Assembly: GCF_022539665.2 (NCBI RefSeq) | Contig: NC_081334.1 | Location: forward strand, 1,984,001-2,048,000 | DNA: 64,000 bases | Reading direction: 5' to 3' | Source: Daphnia carinata | Taxonomy: Eukaryota | Shown: positions 1 through 12,300 of the stretch, piece after piece | How positions within the stretch are numbered: the stretch's first letter is position 1 | How the letters are laid out: each line of letters starts with the position of its first letter | Notes under the pieces: model-generated | What the model saw: the letters and a program-made list of their open reading frames with translations, nothing else | Told to the model about the DNA's origin: nothing | Database searches by the model: none | Position numbers and translations under genes: made by a program

Positions 1-502
1 CGTTTTCGACGATCATAGCGTCAAAGGAATCCGAATCGTCGGCGAAATAATCGATCCAGTCTCCGTCGTCCCGCCATCGCCGCCGATGGAGTCGCAAGCC
101 ACTGGCCATGCGGCCGTGACGGCCGTCCGTCGGCAAACTGCGATGCCAGCCCATCAGATTGCGAATCATTAAATAGGCGAAAATCATCGTCAACATGGCG
201 GCAACTAGCGGACGAGCGGCCACAATCACCGAGTCCGGCTTCTCGATTTTGGCCGGCCTTTCGATGTGTTCTCCTCCGCCTTCGTCGAGTAACCAAATGA
301 GTTTCGCGCTGCCCGATCGACTTGTCCACCAACACTCGCGCTGGCTCCGACTGATCAGCCAACGATCCACTGGCGTAAAAGAGGCGAACGACTCTGTCCG
401 CTCTGATAGAAGCCAAGGCGGAAGTGGGTCCGTCTCGGCCATGCTCGTATCGTTGAAAGCGTCGATGGGGCAGGTGCACATTGACGCCGTATCGTCTCTC
501 AT
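1..502 (-). CDS. Probable coding exon (alternative N-terminus with a hydrophobic segment) of an unidentified gene; runs off the window
   Basis: Minus frame from ATG at 502 is open to position 1 (MRDDTASMCTCPIDAF...VIVAARPLVAAMLTMIFAYLMI...DSFDAMIVEN). GC-rich and coding-like; absent from the ORF track because there is no stop in the window. Confidence 0.5.
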   Translation of the reverse strand, partial: MRDDTASMCTCPIDAFNDTSMAETDPLPPWLLSERTESFASFTPVDRWLISRSQRECWWTSRSGSAKLIWLLDEGGGEHIERPAKIEKPDSVIVAARPLVAAMLTMIFAYLMIRNLMGWHRSLPTDGRHGRMASGLRLHRRRWRDDGDWIDYFADDSDSFDAMIVEN

Positions 503-3489
503 CGTCCAACGAACAAGCTCAATCGCACGCACGCACGCACGCACGCACAACAAAATGACTAACGCTTCACAATTCCAAACTGCTCCATTCGTGTTTTGTT
601 TTCTTTTTTTTTGGCGACAGTTCGTGTTCCAAAAATAAATAACAATAAGCAACACGCAAAAAAAAAGAAACTGATTAGAGAATTAGTAAGGGGAGAGGAG
701 GTCAGAGAAGGCGGAGTTGACGGACAGCGTTGTGAATTCACGGAGGGAAAACGGAAGACTAGTGCTGGAAATGCCAGTAGCATCTCCACGATCTCTCTCC
801 TACTGTTTGGACGTCCGCGTTTCGCTTGAAGGAGAGAGTAGAGGGGGAGAGCAAAATGCGGGGAGCTTGCAATGAATATAGGCCGCCTCATTCTAAAGAC
901 TAGCCTCCCAACGTTCCAAAATAAACGCAAAGGGGGACAGCGCAAAAAAAAGATCTCAAGGACAAGGCGGTAGCTATTTCCGAATTGGCCCGGCTTGGCA
1001 GCGGACAGAGCACCCTTCTGCGTCTCGTCCGCTCGCACGACGTATCAATCAATCCAGCCAACTTCTTCTATCCCCCACCACCTCGCACACACACCATCTC
1101 CATTCGTCCAATACAGTTCCAACAACTCTTCAAGACTTGTATCGATTTGGCCATAGAAATCGATTACACAAATCCAACACCGTTTTGTCAATCTTTCCGA
1201 TTCGTTTCATTCCTTTTGACCCTGTTCGCGAGAGACTAATCGATTACAAACAACATACGCAGCTGGGGTATTCTTTTTCGAAAAAAAAAAAAAAAAAAAA
1301 AAAAAAATCCTATACTTAGTTTCCCCACTCACTGATGATCGTTTTTGTGTGTGTGTAAGAGGGGTTACGGAGGGCGTGTATAGTTTGGCTTGGTATCATC
1401 GTTCTCTCATCTATAAGCAGCATACTACGATGACGCACGACAAATAATTTATGAATATTGGCCCAAAAGCACAAATAGATACGAAACAACAAAAAAAAAT
1501 AGGAATAACACCCCAGAGATGTAGCATATCCGGCCGGAATTCGGATGCTATATACAAAAACAAAGACAAACAATAAACAGCGAGCATAGAAGGGCTAGTG
1601 GAACAAGAATCCCGGAATGGGTCTAGGGAGCTTTCCGGTTCATCAACATGTAGAAAAGCAAAGCCAAGAGATTGACGGCAGAGTATTAAGAAAGCAAAAA
1701 AAAAAGCTAAACAAGAAAAAAAAAGAATGAAGGCAAACCTTCCCCATTTTTTCCAAGAAAACAAACAAGATAAATAGGAAAAAAAAAGATATTGTCGAAT
1801 ATGAATAAAGACACAAAAGAATGGTTGACATTACTCAACTCTACGTTTACCCACAAAAAAATAAACGGGATGAACGCAACCATTGAAAGCACAAAAAAAG
1901 GTGTATCAGAGAAGCCTAAAGGCGGAGGGGAGTTACGACGTGCTTCTCGAATGAGATTAGTCACGTTGACGAGCCACTCTATCGAGCTGAGTAGAGAGAG
2001 ACATTCGCTTCTTAATGAGGACCTCCCCCCTACGCTTATCGTTTTCATAACATCCGACCCGAGAGAATTGACGCTAGGACTAACATCGGCGTTCCACCAT
2101 GAAACTAACCACTAAGGTACTCCAGTGCGAATGACAGAAGACGAGGACCAAAAAAAAAAAAGAAAGATGTAGAGCATCTGTTTTGACAGCGTGCTATTGC
2201 CATTTCGTCTCGTGCCCCTCGCTCTGAGCCCTGTCCTCTTTCCGTCCAATTTGATCGCGGCTCGGAGCAGTCAAGGAGAGACAAAGAAACTCGCAAGAAC
2301 AAACAGCGAAAACAGATGATACATTGAAAAAAAAAAAAAAAAAAATAGAAGTCTCTCCTGTAGATATTATCATGCACAGCGAAATATCTAGCAAGGAAAC
2401 ACGATACGCAATCAAAAGTTTTCGATACCCTCCCGTCCTGATCCGTTCGCCTTTCAGCATTACCACGAGCAACTCGGGTCTTGTCGATCGTACTTCTGCA
2501 ACCCAAATCCCTACGATATCAAGTTGGCAGGCAAAAATGGATACACATCACACAACAAAAAAGAAACGACGAGAAACACGAGCTCGACGCTCGATACTTT
2601 CCCTCCTTCGACGAACAACAACCCATAAAATAATCAATCTTTTGAAAAACATGTTGGCGCTGGGTACGCCACCGATAGGGCACAACACGCACAAAAATTG
2701 GCCAACAACGACGGGGAGGGCCTTTTACAATCTCGCATCTTTTCAAGTGCGAGATGCCGGTTCAACAGTCCAACTCACCGCCAACGCGGATGAGCATGTC
2801 GTTTTGTACTCGTCCATCACACCCAATTATCAGCATCCATTAATAAAGACCCTATTAGGCAGGACGGGGCCAATTCTTGCAACTAGCTGATGCATTATCC
2901 ATCGATCTCTTCGCGTTTTCGCAGCCCCCAACTTTGCAGCTGTCGTTACACACGTCCGCGTTACGTTGAGCGGAAAGAGCGCAAGAAAGACATCAAAGAA
3001 ACTAATGACAAACGACATCCCCAACTCTCCTCATTGAACTTTCATCACGAACGGGAGAGGCCGGAAAGGCATCACACACGCACACACACCGAGTCCTTAT
3101 TTCAATCATTCAAAAGGTTGCTAGAAAATATATATATATGTCCGCTAGCGGGAAGCCGAAAAGAGAAAGAAACCTAACACAGACGTAACCCCTTTTCCCG
3201 TTTTGATTCTGACGTCTTTGTGCCCGTCGGTCGATTCAGGTCTATGTCGTCCGCCACCCACCCAGCGAGACCGACCGGCAAAAAAGAAGAAAAATGCCCT
3301 CTCGTTCAATTTCTTAGTCTACTCAAACCTTAACATGCCATGCAGATTGGATTGGATCGATTGACTGACGCAACATATTCTCAAAGACGTTTTCGTTTTT
3401 CTCTCTTTTTGTATGTGTGTTCAATTTCCTTTGAACACTGAAAAGAAGAAGGGGGGGGGAAAGAAATCGGAGGCAATCATTGAAATTAC

Positions 3490-4955
3490 CTGGCCGCCAA
3501 GATGGTACTATTGCGGACAGGCTGACGCGAGCGCGACGGACGTTGCATGTCCAATCGGTAATGCGAAAATTCACCAAACGGTCCGCAAAAGGAACCGCCT
3601 TCGTCACCGACGTCGTGATGGAAACGGTGGCGACGCATCGCCAATGTTGTTGTAGCAGCAATGCTAGAGGTGGTGGCCGTCGTGGCGGTATCGAACGACG
3701 GATCAAGTCCGCTTGGCGGGAGTGACAGTGAAGCTTGTCTGTATTGAGAGGCGAGTGGCGGCGCACGAAAGGCCGAACCGGTCGAAGGAATCATTAACGA
3801 CGGATTCTCGTGAGTGGCAGTGGCCGGCCACAAATAAGGACGGGGAGGGATTATTCCAGCTGTCCCGACCGCTTGACTGGATACAATCGATAAAGGTAAG
3901 GCGGTGTGGTGTGATGGGGTAGAAAAAGGCACAAGGACTCCGGTCGGGACGTAGGCAGCTGGATCGGTGATGGTCGTGGTCGACAGGATTGACGAGGATT
4001 GATGCAAATGAGGCAGGGGACTAGGGGTCGTGTTGATGCTACTTCCGCCGCTGACACTTCCGTTGAACGAGGACGCATCCGTTCGGTACTTGGGAGAGCG
4101 TGGCGACAACGCGCAAGGACGGACCAACGCAGGACACGACGTCGTGCTCGACTGACGGTTCAAAGTGCGGCGATTCTGCGTTTCGAAATACAAAAGACTC
4201 GGATCGCTCCCGACCGTCCCCTGTTGCGGCTGATGGAGTAACGCCGCCTCCTCCAATTCGGCTTCCGCACCGGATGAGTAATCGAAGGAAAAAGGTCGGC
4301 ACAGTTGCGAGCTCCTCGCTCTCTGACTCGTCGGCAGGTAGGCGGACGGTTGCAGTCCGGCGGCCATGTCGGCATCGCTGACACACGGCACGTCGCACGA
4401 CAAGGGTCGCGGCAAGAGGCGTCGTGATTGGTTGATGACTTTAGCTGCGGCGGATACGGGCGGCACGGGCAGCTTCCTCGACAGCGAAAGTTTCGGCGAA
4501 TCGCGAACGCTCGCACTTCCAATCGAGGCCGATCCCGACGAGGGACGAATGAGAGCATCCATCTCATCCATCGCATCTGCCACGCTTGCCATCATCAAAT
4601 CACTTTGGCTCATGTGATGGCCCGACGACGACATTTTGCTGTGGTGATCGGCGGGATGAGCTCGCCGCGGAACGGGTAGCTTACGACCGGCCACTCCGAT
4701 AAGAGCCGATGGATGGAGGACGGTCGAAGATACGACAGGTGCTGACGGCGAACTCGTCAGAGACAAATGCAATACGCTCAAATCGCAAATATCAAAGCTG
4801 CCACCATACGTCTGAGTCAGTCTAAGTAAGGACGTTGCTTGCGCCAAGGCCGGAGACGGCAGATGACGACGCGGACGATGCATGTCTGCTGGCGAAGACG
4901 ATGTAGATGAAGTGCCGAACCGATCGGACGGTGGCATAGTGGAAAACTCATCCAT
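3490..4955 (-). CDS. Large Ser/Pro-rich, probably disordered N-terminal exon of the same unidentified gene
   Basis: 489-codon ORF ending at a phase-2 donor (GCC AG|GTAATT at 3490/3489); contains four R-x-L-P-x-P motifs. Confidence 0.7.
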
Positions 4956-5979
4956 ATCGATGGATAAAACAAAAACAAAAAGGGGGTTTCACAGCAACCG
5001 AAAGAAAGAAAAATCAATCACGCAAAACACACATCTGGGCGGATCAGAGTGCTACAACTTGCACTCGAGGAAAAAAACACACACGACTGACGAACGGCTA
5101 CCTCGGAACGCGACTGAGAGGAACCGCTCCTTCCCTAACTTTACGGTCTTGCACGGATGGTAGCCAAACCCCTTGAGGGTGGGGCAGGGGTGCGCTCTGA
5201 CCTGACGCGCTCCTTCCCTCCGACTCTCTCTCTCTCTCTCCAACGCCCGCTACTCCAGCACACCTTACTCCAGCGGGATAGACCACCAACTACAGGCCGA
5301 GCACACACAAGCAAGGTAGCAAATCAATAACAAAGGACCACTAGTTATAAGGTAGCAACGGCCAATGTCAGTCGAGGGAATAGTGGGGGAGGGGGTTGTC
5401 CAGTAAGGCAACGAGGGGGAAAAAAGAACTCAAACGTATTTTTTTTACAAATATTGAAAAAAGGCGTGAAACGGAAAAAGAAAAATTCAAAAGGTTTGTC
5501 TAAATGAACTCTGCACCGCCGTATTCTTCTCTTTTTTGTGATCCACTTGAAGGAACATCGGGTAGAGGATTTCCGCTAAAAGATTTCAACCCGAAAAAAA
5601 GGTGAGAACTTTCGTGGATTTGTAACAATCCCGTCGTCATCGCTACACGTTTCTCTCTTTTCGCTACGCTGCCATGTCGTGTGAGTGTATGTGTGGGAAC
5701 TAACGCTGAAAAAAAAAAAAAAAACTTTTGCCTTGATCCGGGACAATCAATACCACACATACGGAGGGTGTAGACGTTGCGAGTTGGGGCGGGTCTCATG
5801 ATGGTAGAGCTCTCTTAATCTCGATATGTACGTGGTACGTGGACGATGGTGCCGTCGAAAAAAATCTCTACAATGTCTTGCTGTCTTTGTTTCTATTTGT
5901 TTTATCTCTGAGCTATGACAGCCGCATCGTTATGATTTCAGTTGCCTAGACGACCGAACGTAACACAATGAGAACTTAC

Positions 5980-6191
5980 TTGGCGTCGCACCCGTCAGTG
6001 ACGCTTTCTTCCACGATGACGATAAACGACGACGAGGTGACGAACTGACGTTCTTTGCGAATTGAATGACGAAACTCTCCGTTCGTGTCATCATCTCTCT
6101 CGATAGCGTAGATAAGGATCGCGCAAGTAGCGACTGGTACCAAAAGGGCCCAAAAGCTACCGGGTATCCACGAAAGGATCCACTGATCCAT
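5980..6191 (-). CDS. Alternative first exon encoding an N-terminal hydrophobic anchor
   Basis: ATG at 6191, MDQWILSWIPGSFWALLVPVATCAILIYAIE..., ending at a perfect phase-2 donor GCC AA|GTAAGT. Confidence 0.55.
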
Positions 6192-7424
6192 TAAAGGGCA
6201 ACGCTCACGATTTAAAACACAAGAGAAAAGCGAAATACGTTTTCTACGAAGTACACGATTCGAAAGCTAAACCATCCATCTGAGATAGATGGAATGCACT
6301 CCGCCACAGTCAGTGTTCCCCTACGGTGTGAGATACCATGTGCCGGTCACGTGAACCTAAGCATTCACACACATACGATATACTTAGAGAAGGACAAAGA
6401 CACAAAAGCTCTAGGCTGCTTTTCTTTTTTTCCCTTGCCCCTACGGCAATCTGAACCCCACGGACTTTCCCAAGGATCAAGAAAATAACCAACCGCCCCT
6501 CCTTTAAGTTGTTAACTAAATGGAGAAACTATCTAAAAGTTAAACTGTTGTAAAGAAATAGCAATCCGGAAGGGTTATCTCTCCCGTTGTGGAAACCGGA
6601 GCGAGGTAATGCAACTGCTGATGCTAAGGTCGTCGAGTAAGCGTCAACGTCATGTCGCCAGATCAACGTCAAAGATGAGTTTGCAATGAAACATGTCTAC
6701 CTTGTTTAGGCGCGAATTGGGGCTCCAACGCGTATCGATTTCACATCGACCACTACAGAGATGACCAAGGTCAAACTTACTTCGAGCAAATTCTATCACA
6801 GAAAAATGTACTAAATATCCATTCCCCCTAAACATCGTGATTAGAATCCTGCGAAAACCAGTGGAGAACTGAAAAGAAAAAAATAGTTGGTCAAATTGAC
6901 ACTTGTGAAATGAAAGACCTAACCAACGAACAACAAAGAAGGAAGTAAGAGTTCCAACATAAAAACGTTCTAGAATTGTGACGACAAACCAAACTTCATT
7001 TCGTGCACGAGGATTCAGCAAGACAAAAATCGTCTGCCACAAACGTTGAAAAAGAAACTACGATGGAAAACGGGCTGCGTGACCCTCTTGACGTTGCCCT
7101 ATTGACACGCATGAAATAAGCATGACGTATACCCTTCTATTCCAAAGGTTGAGTTGATAAAGGGTAGGCACGAGTGGAGAGATCAAGACACAAGTGTCCA
7201 TTGCAACCACCACTAAAACCACTTTCGTTTGGAGCAGATGGAAGACACAAAAGAATCAAATTGCGCTGTTGCAAGAAAGAGCTTTGGGACTGCACAACGG
7301 ATCTCAGCAATCCTCAACTTACATCTTTACTTTGAGAATACCTGAATAGCTCTCACGACTTGCAGCTCAGATAAATCATTAAGAAAAAAACATCCTTCCT
7401 GTAAATGTGACAGATAAGACTCAC

Positions 7425-7736
7425 CTTGGTGTTGGTTTTGCTGATGGTCGCTTGTCCTTCTTTGTGGAGTCTTCTTCTCTTGTTTCCTTTTCTCTGGGTC
7501 GTCCTTTGCCTTTATTAGAGTTTTTATATCTTTTCTTCTTTGCCTGGATAGCTAGCACTGTTTCATCACACAAAAACAGCACGTTGAGGCGTGAGCGAGC
7601 CAGGGTAGGGCATGAAACAAAAAAAACAGGGAAATGGCAATACAGGTGTGATTTGTAAATCTGTAATATTATAAAAAGTACACCGAAAACGGGTGCACTC
7701 ACCTCTACGGTTGGTATCACTCTTGATTGAGCTCAT
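7425..7736 (-). CDS. Two small 5' exons (7736-7703, 7557-7425) encoding a basic N-terminus
   Basis: MSSIKSDTNRR G|GTGAGT, then AAACAG|TG joining in frame to VLAIQAKKKRYKNSNKGKGRPREKE...KPTP, ending AG|GTGAGT (phase 2). Confidence 0.55.
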
Positions 7737-9361
7737 GTTTGTTAAAAAAAATCGGGCCCCAGACGAGTTTGGGACGCTTACAGTGAGAAACAATCGGCAG
7801 CCATATTCGATGGGGAAACAACTGATAGCTGCGTTGCCAATTGGTATGCTATTTGAATTTGTGGGTTTTCAACTTGCTTTATCATGCAGCGGGAAAGCAG
7901 ACGTGCGATCGGATCCCTCGACGTTTCTTTCCTTTCCTTGTTTAATAGTTCAAAATATTTTTGTCTTAATGGTGACAAAAAGAAAGAAATCTTAATATGG
8001 CAAAAAGCAATCCTTAGAGTTATTTCCTGGGATTCTAACTATTGCTACACCTATTTGCAGACAGTTGAATTCCATGGGAAAAGAAGCAAAGAATAGCAGA
8101 CATGTATTTCATTAACGTATTCTGTAACGTAACGTAAAAACAAGACCATTTCATTGGTTTGGAATTTAGAGTTCGCATGATCGCCAGTCATCATCGATAC
8201 TGTAGAAGTTGTAGAAAAACGAAGATCAAATGCGACTCCCACTCAACTTTGTGTCAAAGGCAGAATACCGTGGAGCAAAAGCCTCGCGTACATGGCCTTG
8301 TGGGGCTTTCCATACTGTCTGCTAGCTCGGTAACACTTCCTTACAGAAATGGCCATTCATCGACCCTTTTAAGGCAGTTCGCCCTACGCTCGCAAACACA
8401 CAAGTCTCTCAACACATGTAGAAGAAGCCCTTTCAATTAGTCGTATATGTGAGGGGGATTGCCTCAGAAACTAGCCTTTCAGAGTACCGTAGTAGATTTA
8501 TGGCAGAAAATCCACCGGGGGAACGAGGGCAATCCATTTTGTGCCTTGGATACTGTGCACGCAGAAACGTCTAACGTATAGCGACAGAATCGAAAGGGAA
8601 CAGACCTCCCACCCTACGCTTCGACTGGTTCTTCCATTAACCCACCGCTGGTTGCCAAAATACTTGCTAGAAACGTAAAAAGAATTACATCGAGACAAAA
8701 ACGAAGGGGCAGAGAGAAACGCGACTCCGATTAGATTGGTGGGATGCCCAACTTTCTTTCACCATACAAGAGATCATAACTGTTCCAGCTCGTTCCTGCT
8801 ATTTGCCTCTCGATCAATAAGATTCAAAGAGTTCAATAGCATTCCTATATGCGAAGAGGTAAGTGAAGGAGGTAACCGAAACTTAAAGATAAACAGATTA
8901 AAACAAACAGTGCTGACACTTGTACATTTTAAATTATTGAGTGTATTTTATTCATAGACATGGGTTCCAATTTTATTTTTGGAGAGCGGGGGAGTTGAGA
9001 AAATACCGAGCATTTCGCTAAAGAAGGAAAAAATAAAACTAGACATATATTTTCTTTATCAACTTCATTGCAAGAACGGAACGGCGGAGAATATTGGTTT
9101 TAAAAAGTGCAGATACTATTCAGAACTGCACAACCTTTAAAAATACATAAGAAGTTTAAAAAAAAAAAAAAAGATTAGATATTTCTTGTTTTCTTTTGTT
9201 TTTACGGTAAATATGTTTCGCGTTTTCTAGCTCACGATTTTTTTTCCCTGTTAATGAGATTGAAACAAGCAACGGAATAATAACACACAGAAGAAGCAGC
9301 AGGAATAGTAGGCCCACCAGGTCGTCAAATATGTATAGGTAGAAAACGTGATTTCTGTGTC

Positions 9362-12300
9362 TCACATGTGAAGATGACCCAGAGGATACCAGGCAACATG
9401 CTCTTCGGTAAGATCGAGTGACTCGAGGGGGATATTGATCGCACCTAGAAATTGGTTCTCCTGGACTCGGTCATAACTCCAAACGGACACCTTAAGAAGC
9501 AAATAGATGAACACTCGTGTCAAAAGGGTTAGCTATTTCATTACCTGCAACAGGCGCTTCTGGATATTCTCAAGCGGCATGCGGTACACAAGCATTTCCA
9601 TGAAAGTCGGATGAATATTGCGACGGATGACGCGTGTTTTACGCTTAGTGATCTTGTGCATGTCCGGTAATAGGTACGTCTTGACATAAGGGCATGGCAA
9701 CTCGACTGCGGCATTGTTGACTGAATTTGCCGTGTTGCCGCCTACTAAATCGCGACCATGCTGGATCATTACATGCAATTCGCCTCTGGTATACTGGATC
9801 GATAGCTTCAACTCGCCTATAACGACGTAAAAATGATTAAAGAAAACAGAGAGAAGAAAATCAAACATGGCTGTACCTTGTACGTGACCATTGGCGTTGG
9901 AGACACTGCGACTCGCAGTGGACTTGTTGCGCCATTTGGTGACATAAACATTGGCCTCTTCGTCCTGATCGCGCAACAGCGGATGGAAGAAAGTGTAGAT
10001 GAGGTCGCAGTGACAGATCTCGGGAGCTAACTGGAATAAACTCGTGAGAAACTGGTCCAGTTCGGTTCGTCTCTTCTCAGCTACAGCTTTGACTGAACTA
10101 CGACCTAGATAAACGCCTTTCGACAAGCTCAAAATGCGATTGGAAACCAACGGAAAGCGGAGACATAATTTCTGATGGAGTTCAGAAAACTCCCGATGAG
10201 TGCGGAACAAGTACATGTGTTCGGATTGTTTTTCACGTCGCAGGCTCACGATGAAGACGTAGTACTTTTCTGGATCATAGCGCTTTTGGAAGCCGACTAC
10301 TCGAGCCTGTAATCAGTTTAATAGCCAATGGTTATTTGACGGACAAGAATTGAAAAATGCAGTTCACGAGAGTACAACCTCAGTTATTCGACCATCGGTG
10401 GCGAGAGTGAAGGTCTTTGGAACAAACGATAGAAGATCATCGTCGTTATGGTCGCCATGGAAACGTAGCTGAGCCAGATTGTGAAGGAAGAAATTGAATT
10501 GGGTGAACCAGGAACGAAGTGAATCCTCAATCATGCGCGCAAAGAAGGCAGCAGCCTCTGCCTTGGATTTGTCCGGGAGCAATGCCTTTTGCACATAGCC
10601 GATGGCGTCGGCGTTGACGCCGGGGATATTAGAGGTGGCCATCAACGCCAGCAAATGAAGCAGAGAATTGCTGTGCTGCCGGACGATATTGAATGCCTAA
10701 TAAACTAAAACAATTAATATCAATTTAAGCGTAACAGACGAATCAACTCATACTTGGCAACATAAATCGACGAAGTGTTGGAATTTCTGCGACGGTTTAT
10801 CGCCGCCGTTGATGACGTAAGCCATATCGGATGTTAAAACAAACGGAGTGCGATCCCTCTTGAAATTGCCAAACATCTGCGCGTCACCGAGGAATTTGCC
10901 GAAATCAATGTGGAAGAGATGGCCGGTGGACTTGACCATGATGTTGTCGTTATGCCGATCACAAACGCCAAAGACATAAGTGGCCACGCTGTAGCCGGCG
11001 CAAGAAGCCGTAAAGTTGTGCACAGCTCTCTCGTACTCGAGTGGTGAGGGATTGTGCTTAGCCAGCCAATCAGCGATCGGCCGGTCCTTGAACGAGCCCG
11101 TCAACCCGTGTTCAATCTACGATGATTTTAAAGAGCAGCAATGGAAATAATGAGTAGACAGAAGATGATGAAGGTCAAAAGGAAATTTACTTGAATCCGC
11201 CTCAGAGTTTCAGCTCCGGTAACGAGCTCGACAAACCCTCGTCTAGGTCCGGTGGGAACGCAACTGAAGGTGACCATTTTCAGATCAAGGCCATCCTTTC
11301 GCCACAATTTGTCCATAATGCGTACCTGAACAAATAAATGCTTCATAAATCTTCCGTTCCTAGGTAAAAAAAAACATCCAATAGCAATTAAGGTACCATC
11401 TGGAGGGTGAGCATATCTTGACGCAGATCATCGCCAACCTTGTACATTGCGCTGACACGAGAATTCTCATTCACTGGCAAATAGGAACAATAATAAATCA
11501 AACAGTCAACGACCTAAAAATAACGTTTACAAAATCACCTTCAGGCTCTGCCGAGTGGAAAGCTAATTTGAGTGGAAGCGTGTTGGATGGAAAATACGAA
11601 CATTGACGGACTTCTAGTCCGTTAACCTGGAGACTGGGACCAATAGGAAGAGAGGTGGGATTGTTCTCAAGTGAAAAGTGAATTGGCTCTAATTCGCGAA
11701 GCAGAGTGCTGAGGCGTTGCGATTCTTTGGTCGATTTAACTACTTCGGCGCACGAATCAAGTTGCTGAACAAGCATCTGCTCGCTGAAGAATCTATGGCG
11801 TAAGGCGGCTCCGCACGTCGCCAGAACTGAACGCAACAACAACTGCAACCTGCTATAAACGTCAATCAAAATAAGCAAATGAAAAACGACTGAATGTAAT
11901 AAGAACAGTTAAACTCAATTACCCAGAATAACGCGGATCAGCCCCTTCGAAATAAGCTTCCGCGAAATCAGAATTCTGTGGACTGGGTCCAGGTAGCTGT
12001 TGGACGAGGAGCCAGTAAAGCGAATGAGCTACTTGTGGCGAGCTTAAGGATCGTTCGAGTAGAAACACCATCAGAGGTGAATGATCGAAAGGTTCCAGTT
12101 TCAAGGCCTCCACCAACTGGGGTAGGTAATCCACCAGATCGTCGGACAAGATGGGACGAAGCCATTCGACAGCGCAGCGACGGACTTCAATATCCGGAAA
12201 ACAAGGTAGAAGTAATTGAAGCGCTTCCAGTGGTTTTAGAGCTTTCCATGATTGTAACAAGCCATAAAGGTCTGACAGACTTGCCCAATCCCATGACTGG

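Noticed and set aside
21..638. Listed ORFs 21-509 (-) and 195-638 (+)
   Set aside because: Likely shadow frames of the open minus frame starting at 502.
1707..2830. Further possible alternative exons (hydrophobic ORF 1707-2048; GTGAGT donor near 2778)
   Set aside because: The donor is weak or the phase does not match the other exons; support is insufficient.
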